From: Candidatus Freyarchaeum deiterrae
GTDB lineage: Archaea > Asgardarchaeota > Jordiarchaeia > Jordiarchaeales > Jordiarchaeaceae
Reading direction: 5' to 3'
Length of the DNA: 64,000 nt
NCBI GenBank assembly: GCA_037305845.1
Contig: CP147778.1
Span: forward strand, 96,001 to 160,000
Within the stretch, counting starts at the first letter, position 1, and each line of letters opens with the position of its first letter. Shown in pieces: positions 10,691 to 21,607 of the stretch. The notes beneath the pieces were generated by a model, which was given only the letters and a program-made list of their open reading frames with translations, was not told the origin of the DNA and did not search any database. A program made the position numbers and the translations under genes.

Positions 10691-11245
10691 TTATTTTAGC
10701 AATGGTTGTGCTTCTTTGAACTCTTTGTTCTTTGCGTCCCTTAGCAACTCGTATATTAGCATCTCTGTGGATGAAATTATGGCTCCATTGTCCCTCATTC
10801 TTTCCAAGCCTACCTGCCAGTTCTCTTTTGTGCGGGAAGAGATTGCGTCCGAGATCACGCAGGCTTTAATACTCTTATCCATGGCGTCTAGGGCGGTTTG
10901 ATTTACACACACGTGGGACTCGATTCCTGCAATAATTAGGGTAGTTATTTTATTTTTTTGTAGTAGTTCTTTGAAGCCTTCTGCTCCGAAGCAGTTGAAA
11001 GCGGTTTTCTCAATGGGAACAACTTCGGGGATTTTGTCTTTTATTTGTTTGATTGTTCGGCCTAGACCCTTTGGGTACTGTTCTGTTAGAATTATGGGTA
11101 GCTTAACTATTTTTGCGAAGTCGATAAGTTTCAAAATGTTCCCAGCAAATTTTTCCTGATCCTGCATCACAGCGAATAATTTTTCTTGAACATCAATTAT
11201 TAAAAGAGAAGCGTTTTCCGAAGTTAATAGTCTTGACTTCGACAT
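10691..11245 (-). CDS. Isochorismatase-family cysteine hydrolase
   Basis: IIDVQEKL, TEQYPKGLG, GIESHVCV. Confidence 0.92.
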   Translation of the reverse strand: MSKSRLLTSENASLLIIDVQEKLFAVMQDQEKFAGNILKLIDFAKIVKLPIILTEQYPKGLGRTIKQIKDKIPEVVPIEKTAFNCFGAEGFKELLQKNKITTLIIAGIESHVCVNQTALDAMDKSIKACVISDAISSRTKENWQVGLERMRDNGAIISSTEMLIYELLRDAKNKEFKEAQPLLK

Positions 11246-11289
11246 CTTCGTTAACCCTCCTAAAAATTCTCAGAGAATATTTAATTAGT

Positions 11290-12174
11290 TTACTTATAAG
11301 AATCACGCGTTCTCATGAATTTTTCCTTTAATTTAGTAGCTTCTCCTCTCTCGGAGAGTATATCAAGGTGTTTTTTTATCATCTGAGCTTCCCAGTAATC
11401 CAGAATATTCTTTGCGTAGGGCTTCTTCTTATAGAAGGGTGATATAGCTACCAGTTCCTCTAAGGTTCTTGGGGTGTCGAGTAATTTTAGCAGGATTTCG
11501 TTTCTTTTCTCAAAGATTTCTAGATAGTTCTGCAGCTCCTCAGTTATTTTTTCTCTTCCGAAAACTGGTTCCTCATGTCCTGATACAAAAATCTCGGCGT
11601 CTAAATCAATTACTTTCTCAATGGATTTCATGAATTCTTTGATGTTGCTTTCCCGGTGCCCGTACCATGGACCGAAGGAAGTTAAATCAATATCAGAGCC
11701 GAAAACTATTCTACCGTCTATGAGAAAAACATGTAGGTCGTCGGTGTGTCCGGGAATATGAATTGCCGTTACTTCGGGCTCTTTGAGTATTATGTCACCA
11801 TCGGCGTAATGGTCAGCTCTGAAATCCCGTACACCAATAGTATTTTTCACAAAACGCTTCCAATCATCCCTTAAACTTTCATCAATGAACCTGTTTGCGA
11901 GTGATTCCAGATTTGTTTCAAAACCCTCAGGCGACAGAACCGTTTTACCTTTCTCGTTAAAAATCCAGGCTCCCGCACAGTGATCGGGATGATTGTGAGT
12001 TAGTGCCGCAAATTCAACCTTGTCTACCAATTCCTTGACGATTTCAATTCCAACTCCCAAGTCTAAGATAACCTTGCTCTTTATGATAAGTGAATTGGAA
12101 AAAGGAAAAATAGCCCGGTGTTCACCCTTCACAAGGAAAATTTTGGGTTCTATCTCCACTGTTTCAAGTAGCAT
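11290..12174 (-). CDS. MBL-fold metallo-hydrolase with C-terminal winged helix (start likely MLLETVE at 12174)
   Basis: THNHPDH, PGHT, DIDLTSFGPWYG, SGH. Confidence 0.85.
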   Translation of the reverse strand: MLLETVEIEPKIFLVKGEHRAIFPFSNSLIIKSKVILDLGVGIEIVKELVDKVEFAALTHNHPDHCAGAWIFNEKGKTVLSPEGFETNLESLANRFIDESLRDDWKRFVKNTIGVRDFRADHYADGDIILKEPEVTAIHIPGHTDDLHVFLIDGRIVFGSDIDLTSFGPWYGHRESNIKEFMKSIEKVIDLDAEIFVSGHEEPVFGREKITEELQNYLEIFEKRNEILLKLLDTPRTLEELVAISPFYKKKPYAKNILDYWEAQMIKKHLDILSERGEATKLKEKFMRTRDSYK

Positions 12175-12338
12175 GCTCTCACAGTAGTCGGGCAAAATTT
12201 TAAAGCTTCGGATAAGTAGCTGTGAAAAATTAAAAAAAGTCAAGAAAACCAACGGTTTTTGTTTAGAAATTTGGAAAAAAATATTCTTGTAGGCTTCCAT
12301 TTTGTGATTGCTTTGTAGTCCCTTGATCCTATTTATGA

Positions 12339-13046
12339 TTAGACCATTAAGAACTTCTGTGCACAATATGGTTTGTCAAACTCTTCCAATTCGTAGTCCC
12401 ATTCGCAACCAGTGATTAGTTTAAAGAGTCTGCATGCAGTTGCGCCGCTAGAGCATCTCATCTTGCCATTTGGGCGTATCAATAATTTCTCTTTGGAGGC
12501 TTCTCGGCAAGCGTCAAGAGTTGGGCAAACTTTCCAGAGTAGGTAAAAAGCTTCGTTTCCATCTTTAAGATATCCCATTTCTTTGGGACTGACTTTCAGG
12601 GCAACCATGGTCTGGTTAAACTTTAGTGCAATGCCTGCTATGTCAACATTTTTGTCTCGAGCACATGCTCCTTCCGCTAACTTTTTACCAACACCTATGA
12701 CCTCAACCTGGGTTCCGGCTCCCGTTCTACCCTGTAAATCGCTTTCGGTTTTGACTTGGGCATATGAAATTGCACACCAAGTGTAGGGATACTTATCGGT
12801 TTTTTGAATTAGATACTCGCCTAACTGCTCCAGGGTTTTAATGTTTGGGGGTGATATTTCTCCAGTTTTTTTAGAGATGAACTGTAAAGCATAATTTATT
12901 AATTTGTTTGTGAATACGGGGCCGTATGTTTTTTCTACTTCTGTTACTCCCTTTAAAGCTAGGTCTATAATGGTTTTGGCATCTGGTTTATCGTATGGAG
13001 CCTTTTCAAACATTTTAAAATCTGATACGTTTATTCTCACCCACAC
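12339..13046 (-). CDS. Uncharacterised Cys-rich V4R/MetOD-like protein, subtype B (copy 1); probable GTG start at 13040
   Basis: Paralog of 32105..32812; YGPVFTN, YAQ.KTE.DLQG, conserved Cys. Confidence 0.75.
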   Translation of the reverse strand: MWVRINVSDFKMFEKAPYDKPDAKTIIDLALKGVTEVEKTYGPVFTNKLINYALQFISKKTGEISPPNIKTLEQLGEYLIQKTDKYPYTWCAISYAQVKTESDLQGRTGAGTQVEVIGVGKKLAEGACARDKNVDIAGIALKFNQTMVALKVSPKEMGYLKDGNEAFYLLWKVCPTLDACREASKEKLLIRPNGKMRCSSGATACRLFKLITGCEWDYELEEFDKPYCAQKFLMV

Positions 13047-13502
13047 ACCTCACATTGGAAGTATTTTATAGAAGATAGATATTATTATATTTTTCTCAAT
13101 ATAAAAACATTTTTGTGAAAATTGTATAATATTTAACGGAAAATTTTGCGAAAAACATATTTTTTTTGCGAAAATGAAATTCACTATTCTCTATTGTGAT
13201 TGTTAAAGATTGAGTAAAATCATATCTATAAAACGGAGTATTAAAAGAGTAATTAAGACAGATTTGGCTTTATGCATTTTTTATTTGTCCAAAATGATTA
13301 GCATTTTTCTGGATTGCCTGACATTAGAGGAGAGCTATAGTTCCTTGTTAAGGGTTTGTTTTTGTTTCTTAATTTTCTCGGATGATTTGATGAGTATCAA
13401 GTTCGATCTCTTATTTTAAGAAATCATATTTCAGGATATGTTATTCAAAAGGCTTAAGTACGAGTTTAAACAAATTTCTGAAACAGTTCATAAAAACGAC
13501 TC

Positions 13503-14657
13503 TTGGAGGGAGTACAAACGAGCTTGAAAAAGAAGACCCGTGTTTTGAGAGAGAAGGAAACGACTAAGAAAAAGGGAGTTAGTAAAGTTAGTGAAAAAAA
13601 AGGCGTTTCCAAGCCTCTGGATCTGGAATTAGAAGACCTAAAGCCGAAAAATTTGGACAAACCCCACTATAATGACTGGTACTCTGTAATAAATTTCCAG
13701 CACGAAGGAAAAGAGTGTCTGGCGAAATTTGCCATCACTGAAGGGACACTTATGGGTCAGAATACCAAATTACACTTTGCGGAGGGACCGGTGTCCCTTA
13801 AAAAAGAGGGAGATGCGCAGGTATTAGAAGAAAATACTAACGAAATAAACAAAATTAAACCGATGGAAGCAAACGCTTTCAAGTACAGCGAAAGCAGCGA
13901 TGCGATAAAAGTGGAATTGGGAGATTTTACAGCCATCTGTAAAAAGAACGAGCGAAAAATAATTTCCAAAGATGAAAATCTTGGTGGTGAATTAACCTTT
14001 ACACCTAGGGGCCCTCCTCTCTGGTGGGGTGGGAATAAAAATGCGTTGTGTCAAATAACCGAAAATACTGGAGTCTCGGGAGCGGAAACTTTAAACGACG
14101 TTAAAGGAAAGTTGGTCGTTAATGGGGAAGAGGTTGAGGTTGAGGGTAGGGGTCTTTTTGAGCGTGTATGGTTTGGATCGTTGAATTTTTTGGAGCTTAG
14201 GCAGGTGGACTGGATTTATTCGAATTTTGATCAGGCGTACATGTTTTTCTGTCCTGTTGAATCGGTTACAAGTGATGGTCGACCGAGCCGCTTTGTAACT
14301 GGAGAGATTTACATAATATCGGAAGATGACTATTTAATTGCCAGAGAAGTTCAGGTCATGCCTGAGAATTGGGTTTATGTAAAAGCCGCCTACAAATTTA
14401 TACCCACGCAACACAAAGTTAAGGTGAAAACAGACAAGGGAGAACTGGAAATGAAAGCAACTCTCTCAGCGTATCCGCAATTCTCCCAGACCAGAAGAGT
14501 TGACTTCCTGACCCTTCAAAACATAACAGGCTGGTACGTACTGTTCTTTGAACCTCCAACGGTGTTCGAAGGCAAATTCACATATAATGACGGCAAAACC
14601 ATTGAATTAACCAATGGGCAGGGAATGAATGAACAAATCAGAGTATCCCCACTTTAA
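13503..14657 (+). CDS. Hypothetical beta-barrel protein, AttH/tocopherol-cyclase-like
   Basis: HYNDWY, G.L.VNGE...VEGRGLFERVWF, DWIY patterns; family call tentative. Confidence 0.6.
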   Translation: MEGVQTSLKKKTRVLREKETTKKKGVSKVSEKKGVSKPLDLELEDLKPKNLDKPHYNDWYSVINFQHEGKECLAKFAITEGTLMGQNTKLHFAEGPVSLKKEGDAQVLEENTNEINKIKPMEANAFKYSESSDAIKVELGDFTAICKKNERKIISKDENLGGELTFTPRGPPLWWGGNKNALCQITENTGVSGAETLNDVKGKLVVNGEEVEVEGRGLFERVWFGSLNFLELRQVDWIYSNFDQAYMFFCPVESVTSDGRPSRFVTGEIYIISEDDYLIAREVQVMPENWVYVKAAYKFIPTQHKVKVKTDKGELEMKATLSAYPQFSQTRRVDFLTLQNITGWYVLFFEPPTVFEGKFTYNDGKTIELTNGQGMNEQIRVSPL

Positions 14658-14904
14658 ATAAGGCTAAGTATGCTCCATGCATAATTTTTTTTATTATAAC
14701 TCCTTCTTTTTTTATTTCAATTTTTGAAATAGTCTGGGCGAGTTCTTGTCATGATTATCTTTTTATAATGAGATTTCTTAATCGTACGCCTGCAGACGTT
14801 TTTCTTCATGTGTATTTCAAAGAAAGTAGGGCATAATCAATTTGTCAGCGAGTATAAAATAGGATTCTGAAGCATTTGTGAGGGTTTTGGATCGGTTATT
14901 TTTT

Positions 14905-17205
14905 TTATTCCGTCTTAGAAAGGCTGTGTATGGATTCCACATTGAAATCATCCTCTAGCTTTATATTCTCGGAGGATGCACCAATCATTACTTTGAAGAG
15001 GCCAGGTTCCACGGCGAATCTGCCTTTATCTCGATATACCGCTAGATCTTCTATGTTCAGCGTGAAGGTAAGCCTTTTGCTTTCATCTGGCTTCAGACAT
15101 AGTCGCTCAAACCCTTTCAGTTCTTTAATTGGTGTTACTCTTGAACTGCATACGTCGTTGACATAGAGTTGGACTACTTCATCCCCTGCTTTTTCTCCAG
15201 CGTTCCTAACCGTTACGGATACGTTGACTCTGCCCTCAACGCCGACCTTTTTGGGAGAAACTTCAAGGTCACTGTATTCGAAACGGGTGTAGCTTAAGCC
15301 GTGTCCGAACTCGTAGAGCGGCGCGTATGCTGGTGGGTGAATCTCTCTGAAGGGTCTAGTCTTATAGTTATATCTCGCCGGTATTTGGCCCACCGACCTT
15401 GGTATGGAGATAGGAAGCTTCCCTCCGGGGTTATAGTCTCCGAATAGCACATCTGCTATTGCCGTGCCGCCTTCTAAGCCGGGGTAGAAAGCTACTAGGA
15501 GTGCAGGTATGTTCTCAGCTATCCACCTCACAGTCAGAGGTCTACCCGCTAACAAAACCACAATGGTAGGTGTGCCCGTCTCATGTATCGCATTAACTAG
15601 TTTTAACTGAGCATCCGGCAGCTCCAAAATAGCTCTGGAGGGAAATGCATCGAGTCTAGATAAAAGCTTTTGTTTCAACTCTTTTGTCGGCTCGGCGCTC
15701 GGTAAACCTGTGTCAAGGCTTATGGTAGCCGCTAAATCCGCCAAATTCCAAAACTCGTGCATGTAAGCATATTCACCGAGTACAGCTACTGCGACATCCG
15801 CTCCTTTCGCCTTCTCTTTAACCTCATCCAAATTCTCGAGCTCGTTGTAGCCGGCACCCTTCATGTAGGAAACTTCTGTTCTAGATGAAACTTTAGTTTT
15901 TATAGCTTCCAAAACGGTCATCGCTGAGGGCCAAGGACCTAAATGGTTTGTCCAGCCACCTAGGAGCCCTTCAAGGTTATCAGCGTTAGGTCCAGTTACC
16001 AGTATGGAGTTTAGATTCTTTTTTAGGGGTAGAAGGTTTTCGTTTTTGAGTAGTACTATGCTTTTTCTTGATGCTTGTAAAGCTAGCTCTTTGTGCTTGC
16101 TGCTTCCCACAATCTTTGTTGTTTTCTCTGGATCTACGTAGACTTTGTTGAACAGGTCTAATCTGAATTTTACCCCTAGTATTCTTCTTACTGATGTGTC
16201 TATTCTCCTCTCGGATACCTCGCCTTCATTGACCAGCTCTAGGAGAGCTTGATAGAACCTGGCTCCCCCTATTGAATCTATATCTAAACCAGCTTCCACT
16301 GCCTGTTTAACTGCATCCTTGTAGCTTTCAGCGGTTCTGTGGTATCTGTAGAGCATTTCTACTCCTCCCCAATCTGATACCACTATACCCCTGAAGCCGA
16401 GTAAATTTCTGAGGAGCTCAGTGAGGTATTCATAAGAGCCGTGGGCAGGCTTGCCGTTTATCTCATTGTAGCAGGGCATTACGGAGAGGACTCCTGACCT
16501 TACAGCGGCTTCGAAGGATGGAAGATGAATGGTGTGAAACGTGTACTCTGAGACGTCTACGGGTGCAGCGTCTTCCCCACCTTCGGGAGAGCTGTAAGCG
16601 GGGAAGTGTTTAGCAGTAGCCGCTAAATGTTCATCGTCAACTCTGAAGCCTTCTCCTCCCTGGTAGCCACGCACCATAGCTGCAGCCATGACGGAGCATA
16701 GGTAGGGGCTTTCACCGAAGGTCTCGTAAGTTCTACCCCACCGGGGGTCCCTGGCGATATCGCAAACAGGGTTCAGATTCTGATGTATGCCGGTAGCTCT
16801 TGTTTCTCCAGCGGTTGCCCCTGCTACTTTAGTTGAAAAATCTGGATCCCAGGTTGAAGCCATGCCTAGATTGTGAGGAAAAACCGTGGTTCCCTTAACA
16901 AAGGCGTGGCCGTGGTCTGCATCAGTGTAGAGTAGGAGAGGTATGCCTAGCCGACTCTTCTCCACAGCGTAGCTCTGGAAAACATTGACGATGTTAACAA
17001 GGTCTGTGGCTTTCTCCCAAAAAAGAAACGGGGCTCCAGCTCCCGCATGATATTTTTCAACTGCTTCTAAGGCGATTTCGGGGCTCAGGATGAAGAAGCC
17101 GGTCATCTGCCCTATTTTTTCTTCTAGGCTCATCTTGGAGAGTAGATCTTCAACTCTCTCCTCTATAGGTATACTACTATCCCGGTACACATCGGTCAAA
17201 TCCAA
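14905..17205 (-). CDS. GH3 beta-glucosidase/xylosidase with C-terminal Fn3-like domain
   Basis: RDPRWGRTYETFGE, KHF, VVSDW nucleophile, PLYEFGHGLSYT. Confidence 0.95.
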   Translation of the reverse strand: MDLTDVYRDSSIPIEERVEDLLSKMSLEEKIGQMTGFFILSPEIALEAVEKYHAGAGAPFLFWEKATDLVNIVNVFQSYAVEKSRLGIPLLLYTDADHGHAFVKGTTVFPHNLGMASTWDPDFSTKVAGATAGETRATGIHQNLNPVCDIARDPRWGRTYETFGESPYLCSVMAAAMVRGYQGGEGFRVDDEHLAATAKHFPAYSSPEGGEDAAPVDVSEYTFHTIHLPSFEAAVRSGVLSVMPCYNEINGKPAHGSYEYLTELLRNLLGFRGIVVSDWGGVEMLYRYHRTAESYKDAVKQAVEAGLDIDSIGGARFYQALLELVNEGEVSERRIDTSVRRILGVKFRLDLFNKVYVDPEKTTKIVGSSKHKELALQASRKSIVLLKNENLLPLKKNLNSILVTGPNADNLEGLLGGWTNHLGPWPSAMTVLEAIKTKVSSRTEVSYMKGAGYNELENLDEVKEKAKGADVAVAVLGEYAYMHEFWNLADLAATISLDTGLPSAEPTKELKQKLLSRLDAFPSRAILELPDAQLKLVNAIHETGTPTIVVLLAGRPLTVRWIAENIPALLVAFYPGLEGGTAIADVLFGDYNPGGKLPISIPRSVGQIPARYNYKTRPFREIHPPAYAPLYEFGHGLSYTRFEYSDLEVSPKKVGVEGRVNVSVTVRNAGEKAGDEVVQLYVNDVCSSRVTPIKELKGFERLCLKPDESKRLTFTLNIEDLAVYRDKGRFAVEPGLFKVMIGASSENIKLEDDFNVESIHSLSKTE

Positions 17206-17294
17206 ACACCCGACTTTGATGATAGTTAAAATTATTTAAGGTCTTAATCAGAGTAAATGATGACAGCACGCGGGAAATAGGGCACTGTTACTTT

Positions 17295-17936
17295 TTAATC
17301 AATCCACTTTTTGCAAATGTTGACACCTGCAACAGCATCAGGGGCGTAGGCGTCTGCACCTATCTTTTTGGCGTAGACTTCGTTCAAAGCCGCTCCACCG
17401 ACTATAATCTTAACCTGACTTCTCAGGCCCTCCTCTTTGAGCTCCTTCATTATGTTATCCAATTCTAGCATTGTGACTGTTAGCAAGGCTGATAATCCCA
17501 AGATTTGGGGTTTTTGTTCGCGCACCGCTTCCGCGAATTTTTCCGCGGGTACGTTAACGCCGAGGTCGATTACTTCGAATCCCGCTGCAATCAGGAGAGT
17601 GACGAAAATGTTTTTTCCTATGTCATGAAGGTCTCCTTTAACAGTGCCGACAACGATTCTTCCCAGCATTTTAACATCTGAATCTTTGAGATAAGGCTCT
17701 AATATTTTCATGCCTTCCTTCATTACTTCCCCAGCCATAATGAGTTCAGCTAGGAAGTACTCTTTCACCTCATATTTCTGCCCGACGATATCCATACCTT
17801 TGGCCATTCCCTCTGTGACAGCCTTAATTGGAGGAATCCCTTTAGTTAATGCATCTTTACAGGCTTGTTTTGCGCCTTCGATATCCAAGTCTACCACACT
17901 GTCTCTTAACCTTCTTAAAACGTCGTCCTTACTCAT
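17295..17936 (-). CDS. Methyltransferase-system corrinoid (B12-binding) protein, MtaC/MtbC-like
   Basis: GDLHDIGKNI, LSALLT, VGGA; N-terminal cap domain. Confidence 0.93.
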   Translation of the reverse strand: MSKDDVLRRLRDSVVDLDIEGAKQACKDALTKGIPPIKAVTEGMAKGMDIVGQKYEVKEYFLAELIMAGEVMKEGMKILEPYLKDSDVKMLGRIVVGTVKGDLHDIGKNIFVTLLIAAGFEVIDLGVNVPAEKFAEAVREQKPQILGLSALLTVTMLELDNIMKELKEEGLRSQVKIIVGGAALNEVYAKKIGADAYAPDAVAGVNICKKWID

Positions 17937-17942
17937 TCCGAA

Positions 17943-18248
17943 TCACCAATGGACTGAATCTGAGGCTTTACCCTTCATAACAGCATCGGTTTCGTCTGGT
18001 TCAAGGGTTTTTCTGACACCAATTTTGTAGTGCCAGTCGAAAAGACACCATCTGATGAGCTTAATCTTTTTGCCCTTTAAGTTGTTCGGCAGGATTACAT
18101 GGGGGGTTCTCTTTGAGAAGCCGGTTAGTTCGAGGCTGAAAATGCATTTCTCCCAAGTATTTCCTTCTTCGTCTTTTTTCGTTTCACCGGTTTTTTCGAC
18201 TTCCAAAACTGTGCCCTGCAGCATCCTTATTTCTTGCTTAGACGGCAT
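17943..18248 (-). CDS. Hypothetical protein co-transcribed with the corrinoid protein
   Basis: 101-aa ORF ending 6 nt before the corrinoid gene start; WEKC and DWHY motifs. Confidence 0.75.
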   Translation of the reverse strand: MPSKQEIRMLQGTVLEVEKTGETKKDEEGNTWEKCIFSLELTGFSKRTPHVILPNNLKGKKIKLIRWCLFDWHYKIGVRKTLEPDETDAVMKGKASDSVHW

Positions 18249-18446
18249 TCTTTTTTCTCCTACCTTCCTTTCAATATTTTTCTATTCTCCCTTTAAATAC
18301 TTTCCACAAACTTTACGCCTTTCATAAGAGAATAAAATCTCACAATCACATCTCGACAACAAATATCAATAACAGAATCCTCAAACTTATATATCATACT
18401 TGGATAAGAAACAGAAGGAAGCCGACTTAATCATGGTGTGTTAGCA

Positions 18447-18718
18447 ATGAAGCCACGTGAAAGGGTACTAAGAGCTTTCATGCATGAAGAACCTCAGAGG
18501 AAGCCGCCCAAGAGGTGAGAAGGGTCATAGACATGGAGGGACATAACAAACAATTACAAGAAGTGGTTAACGAAGTTGTATCTGAGAAACTGAAATTTGA
18601 GGATGAAATAGAAGCATTAGACAACAGAGTTAAATGGCTTAAGGAGTTGGCATAAGATTCACATAGCATCATGAAGTTAGCGGGTTCAATAAAAAGGATG
18701 AAAGAAAAGAAAGAATAA
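18447..18718 (+). pseudogene. Internally deleted URO-D/MtaA-family remnant fused to a coiled-coil fragment
   Basis: MKPRERVLRAFMHEEP joined to EEAAQEVRRVID, matching the N- and near-C-terminus of 27334..28431; then coiled-coil text with an in-frame stop. Confidence 0.75.
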
Positions 18719-18739
18719 GAGGAAGAAGTGCATCCAACA

Positions 18740-19267
18740 TTAAAAGCTGAGAAGTTCCTTAGCGAATTTCCTGATACCGTGGTAGTATGCTGCCCCCCAG
18801 AGACGGGTTTTCTTGCAATAGTAAATTTTCTTTTCTTTAAGGGAAACAATTACTGGGAACTCCATGGCCGCAGTAAAATGTTCTTCCATTAATGTGTTTT
18901 CTATCCATTTTTTCACTTCAGGCTCAAAATCTTCAGAGACAACGACTGGAAAAGAAAATAAGCCTCCCCCAAACCATAATGGAGGAATAATTGATTTACG
19001 GTTATCAAATGCGAATTTAGTTGAAACTGATGAAAAATCACGTAAAACCTCGCTGTTTACCTTATCCATTGAGGTTACAAAAATAAATCTTGCTACCTTA
19101 CTACCACCAAATTTTGAAAGCTCAAAAGAAGCCTTTACGGCTATTAAATCTAATTGGTATGGCGGAATTGGAATCTTCCACATTATTCCGAATCCTTTAC
19201 TTCTCAACTTTTTCTCAAGATTCTCTAAATAAGTAGTATACCCTTCCATTCCCGTCACATTCCCCAT
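18740..19267 (-). CDS. Hypothetical protein
   Basis: 175-aa ORF with LWGAAYY and FPV motifs. Confidence 0.7.
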   Translation of the reverse strand: MGNVTGMEGYTTYLENLEKKLRSKGFGIMWKIPIPPYQLDLIAVKASFELSKFGGSKVARFIFVTSMDKVNSEVLRDFSSVSTKFAFDNRKSIIPPLWFGGGLFSFPVVVSEDFEPEVKKWIENTLMEEHFTAAMEFPVIVSLKEKKIYYCKKTRLWGAAYYHGIRKFAKELLSF

Positions 19268-20215
19268 ATTTTTTATGGTAAATCGGTGTACATATATTAC
19301 TATCGCTCTTTGACACCCATTTTACTAAAAAATTTTGCAGCGTATAGCAAGGAAAAGGAGTAAATCCGTAGTCCGAAAAGGTTTCCTTTCTCATCCCTTT
19401 TCTTTTCATCAGTTTTCTCGACCTCATTAATAGTTACTTGTAACATTCTAATTTCTTGCTTAGATGTCACCGCTTTCTTACCTCTATTTTCCGCTTACTG
19501 TTTTCCATCTATTTCCCTTTTAATATTTATCTTTTATTATTACAATCTGAACTGCCCACCACAATGCTGAAGCGGTGATCTTCACTCAGCAAAAGTTTTG
19601 CGACCAACCCTTTCGACTATCCCTTCATTTAGGAGAAGTTAGTTGAAAGAAGCTGAAACCCCAAAACTCCTAATTGAAACCGAACACGTGGCTGCTCCCC
19701 TAAGTCCCTAAAAAACCAGGATCGAAGGATTCTTCCAGTTGTTATAGACTACTACTGCTTCCCTACTGTTTTCCTCAATTCTGTGAATTCTGCCAGCCAA
19801 ATCTCTCATCACCACGTCCGTTTTTCTTTTTCCCCTTAGTTCTAGTTCTCCCTAGTGTATTTTCTACATAACTTTGATGTTTATCATAACTTAATTCCTT
19901 TCCTCCAACCACCGAAATCTCCAGTTGCTACTTCAAAAAAAGTTAAGAGCTCAAAGGGAAAGGAAGGAAAAAACGGATAGACAGTTCTACTTTATTCCAT
20001 TAATCGTTTTTATACACCTCATTCAAAAAATAGTTGAACAGAACTAAATCACTCAATCTGAGGTTTTAGATTTTTTCGCAGCGTTAAAACACTATTCTCA
20101 GAACCCTAGACTGATTATGATGACTTCTAGTTGAAGTGGGAAGGAAAAAAATAAAAAAAGAGGAATTGGTTGATGGGTTTGTCTCGTCGATTCTCGGTAG
20201 TGTTTCTACGTGATT

Positions 20216-21607
20216 TCAATTAACCTTGGTTACCTGTACACTGCCCGCAGTCTCCACGTTGCCCGCGTTATCGGTGGACCTAAAGTATACGGTTGTGGTC
20301 CCCTTGGCTGAGATGATGAAAGGACCGGTGTAGGTGATCCAGTTGCTGGTGCCGTTTATGCTGTACTGCGTCAAAGCTACACCTGAAATGTTGTCCGTAG
20401 CTGTGAGTGTGACGGTTACGTTCGAGGTGTACCCGCCGCTACCCGTGGTGCCGCTCAGACTATATTTGGTCACTGGAGGGGTTCTGTCGATCTTCACCGT
20501 TACGTTGTTCATGCTCTCCACGTTGCCCGCGCTGTCGGTTGAGTTGTAGTACAGGGTTGTGGTTCCCTGAGCCGTGATGGTGAACGTACCGGTGTAGTTG
20601 GTCCAGCTGCCGGTGCTGTTTAATTTGTACTGAGTCTTAGTTGTGCCTGAGTATTTACTAGATACTGTGAGTGTGACTGTTACGTTGGAGGTATACCAGC
20701 CGTTACTCCCTAGAGTGCCGCTTAAGTTGTAAGTGGTCACAGGGGCATAGTCGATACTTATTTTTACGTTACTCGTAGTCCCGGTGTTGTTAGCGAGGTC
20801 GATTGACCGATAGTACAGGGTTGTGTTTCCCTTGGCTGTGATGGTGAACGGAGTACCGGTGTAGTTGGTCCAGCTGCCGGTGCTGTTTATGCTGTACTGC
20901 GTCAAAGCTACACCTGAAATGTTGTCGGTTGCTGTGAGTGCAACGGTTGCATTCCAGGCGTACCCGCCGTTACTCCTCTTAGTGCCGCTTACACTGCTGA
21001 TTGTGGTCACTGGAGGGGTCTTGTCAATCTTCACCGTTACGGAATTTAGGTAATAGTTGCCCGCGTTATCGAATGAGCCGTAGTATACGGTTGTGACTCC
21101 CTGGGTTGAGATGGTGAAAGAAGTAGTGTAGGAGACCGGGTTGCTGGTGCCGTTTATGCCGTAATATGTTCCAGAAATGCCTGAAACGCTGTCGGCCGAT
21201 GCTAGAGTAATGTTTACATTGGAGGTGTACCAGCCGTTAAGCCCCTTAGTGCCGCTCAGACTGGCTGTGGTCACTGGAGGGGTCTTGTCAATCTGTATAA
21301 TGCCAAGGTAAATGTGATAAGGCTCTATATTGAGAGCATTGTCGTACGACCCATAGTACAGGGTGTGCTTGCCCTCGGCTGAGATGGTGAAAGTACCATT
21401 ACAGTAGATCCAAGTGCCGTTGTTGTCTAACATATAGCAATATATCAAAACGCCTGAAGTGCTGTCGGTCGCGTTGAGTGTAAAGGTCACATCAGAGATG
21501 TACCACCCGTTGTTGAAAGGCCCTAGTGTGCCGCTTACACTGCTGATTGTGGTCACTGAAGGAGTCTTGTCAATCTTTACCGTTACATTATTTATGTTCT
21601 CTACCAC
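20216..21607 (-). CDS. C-terminal fragment of the large repeat surface protein (separated by frameshift)
   Basis: Same ~88-aa IDKTPP...NGWY.S.V.VTL.A.D..SGV...D.AGN repeats as 21588..27152. Confidence 0.8.
   Translation of the reverse strand: MVENINNVTVKIDKTPSVTTISSVSGTLGPFNNGWYISDVTFTLNATDSTSGVLIYCYMLDNNGTWIYCNGTFTISAEGKHTLYYGSYDNALNIEPYHIYLGIIQIDKTPPVTTASLSGTKGLNGWYTSNVNITLASADSVSGISGTYYGINGTSNPVSYTTSFTISTQGVTTVYYGSFDNAGNYYLNSVTVKIDKTPPVTTISSVSGTKRSNGGYAWNATVALTATDNISGVALTQYSINSTGSWTNYTGTPFTITAKGNTTLYYRSIDLANNTGTTSNVKISIDYAPVTTYNLSGTLGSNGWYTSNVTVTLTVSSKYSGTTKTQYKLNSTGSWTNYTGTFTITAQGTTTLYYNSTDSAGNVESMNNVTVKIDRTPPVTKYSLSGTTGSGGYTSNVTVTLTATDNISGVALTQYSINGTSNWITYTGPFIISAKGTTTVYFRSTDNAGNVETAGSVQVTKVN

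Noticed and set aside
13255-13320. IS630-like LIILDK*KMHKAK fragment on the minus strand
   Set aside because: Too short, with no other DDE motifs or ends recognisable.
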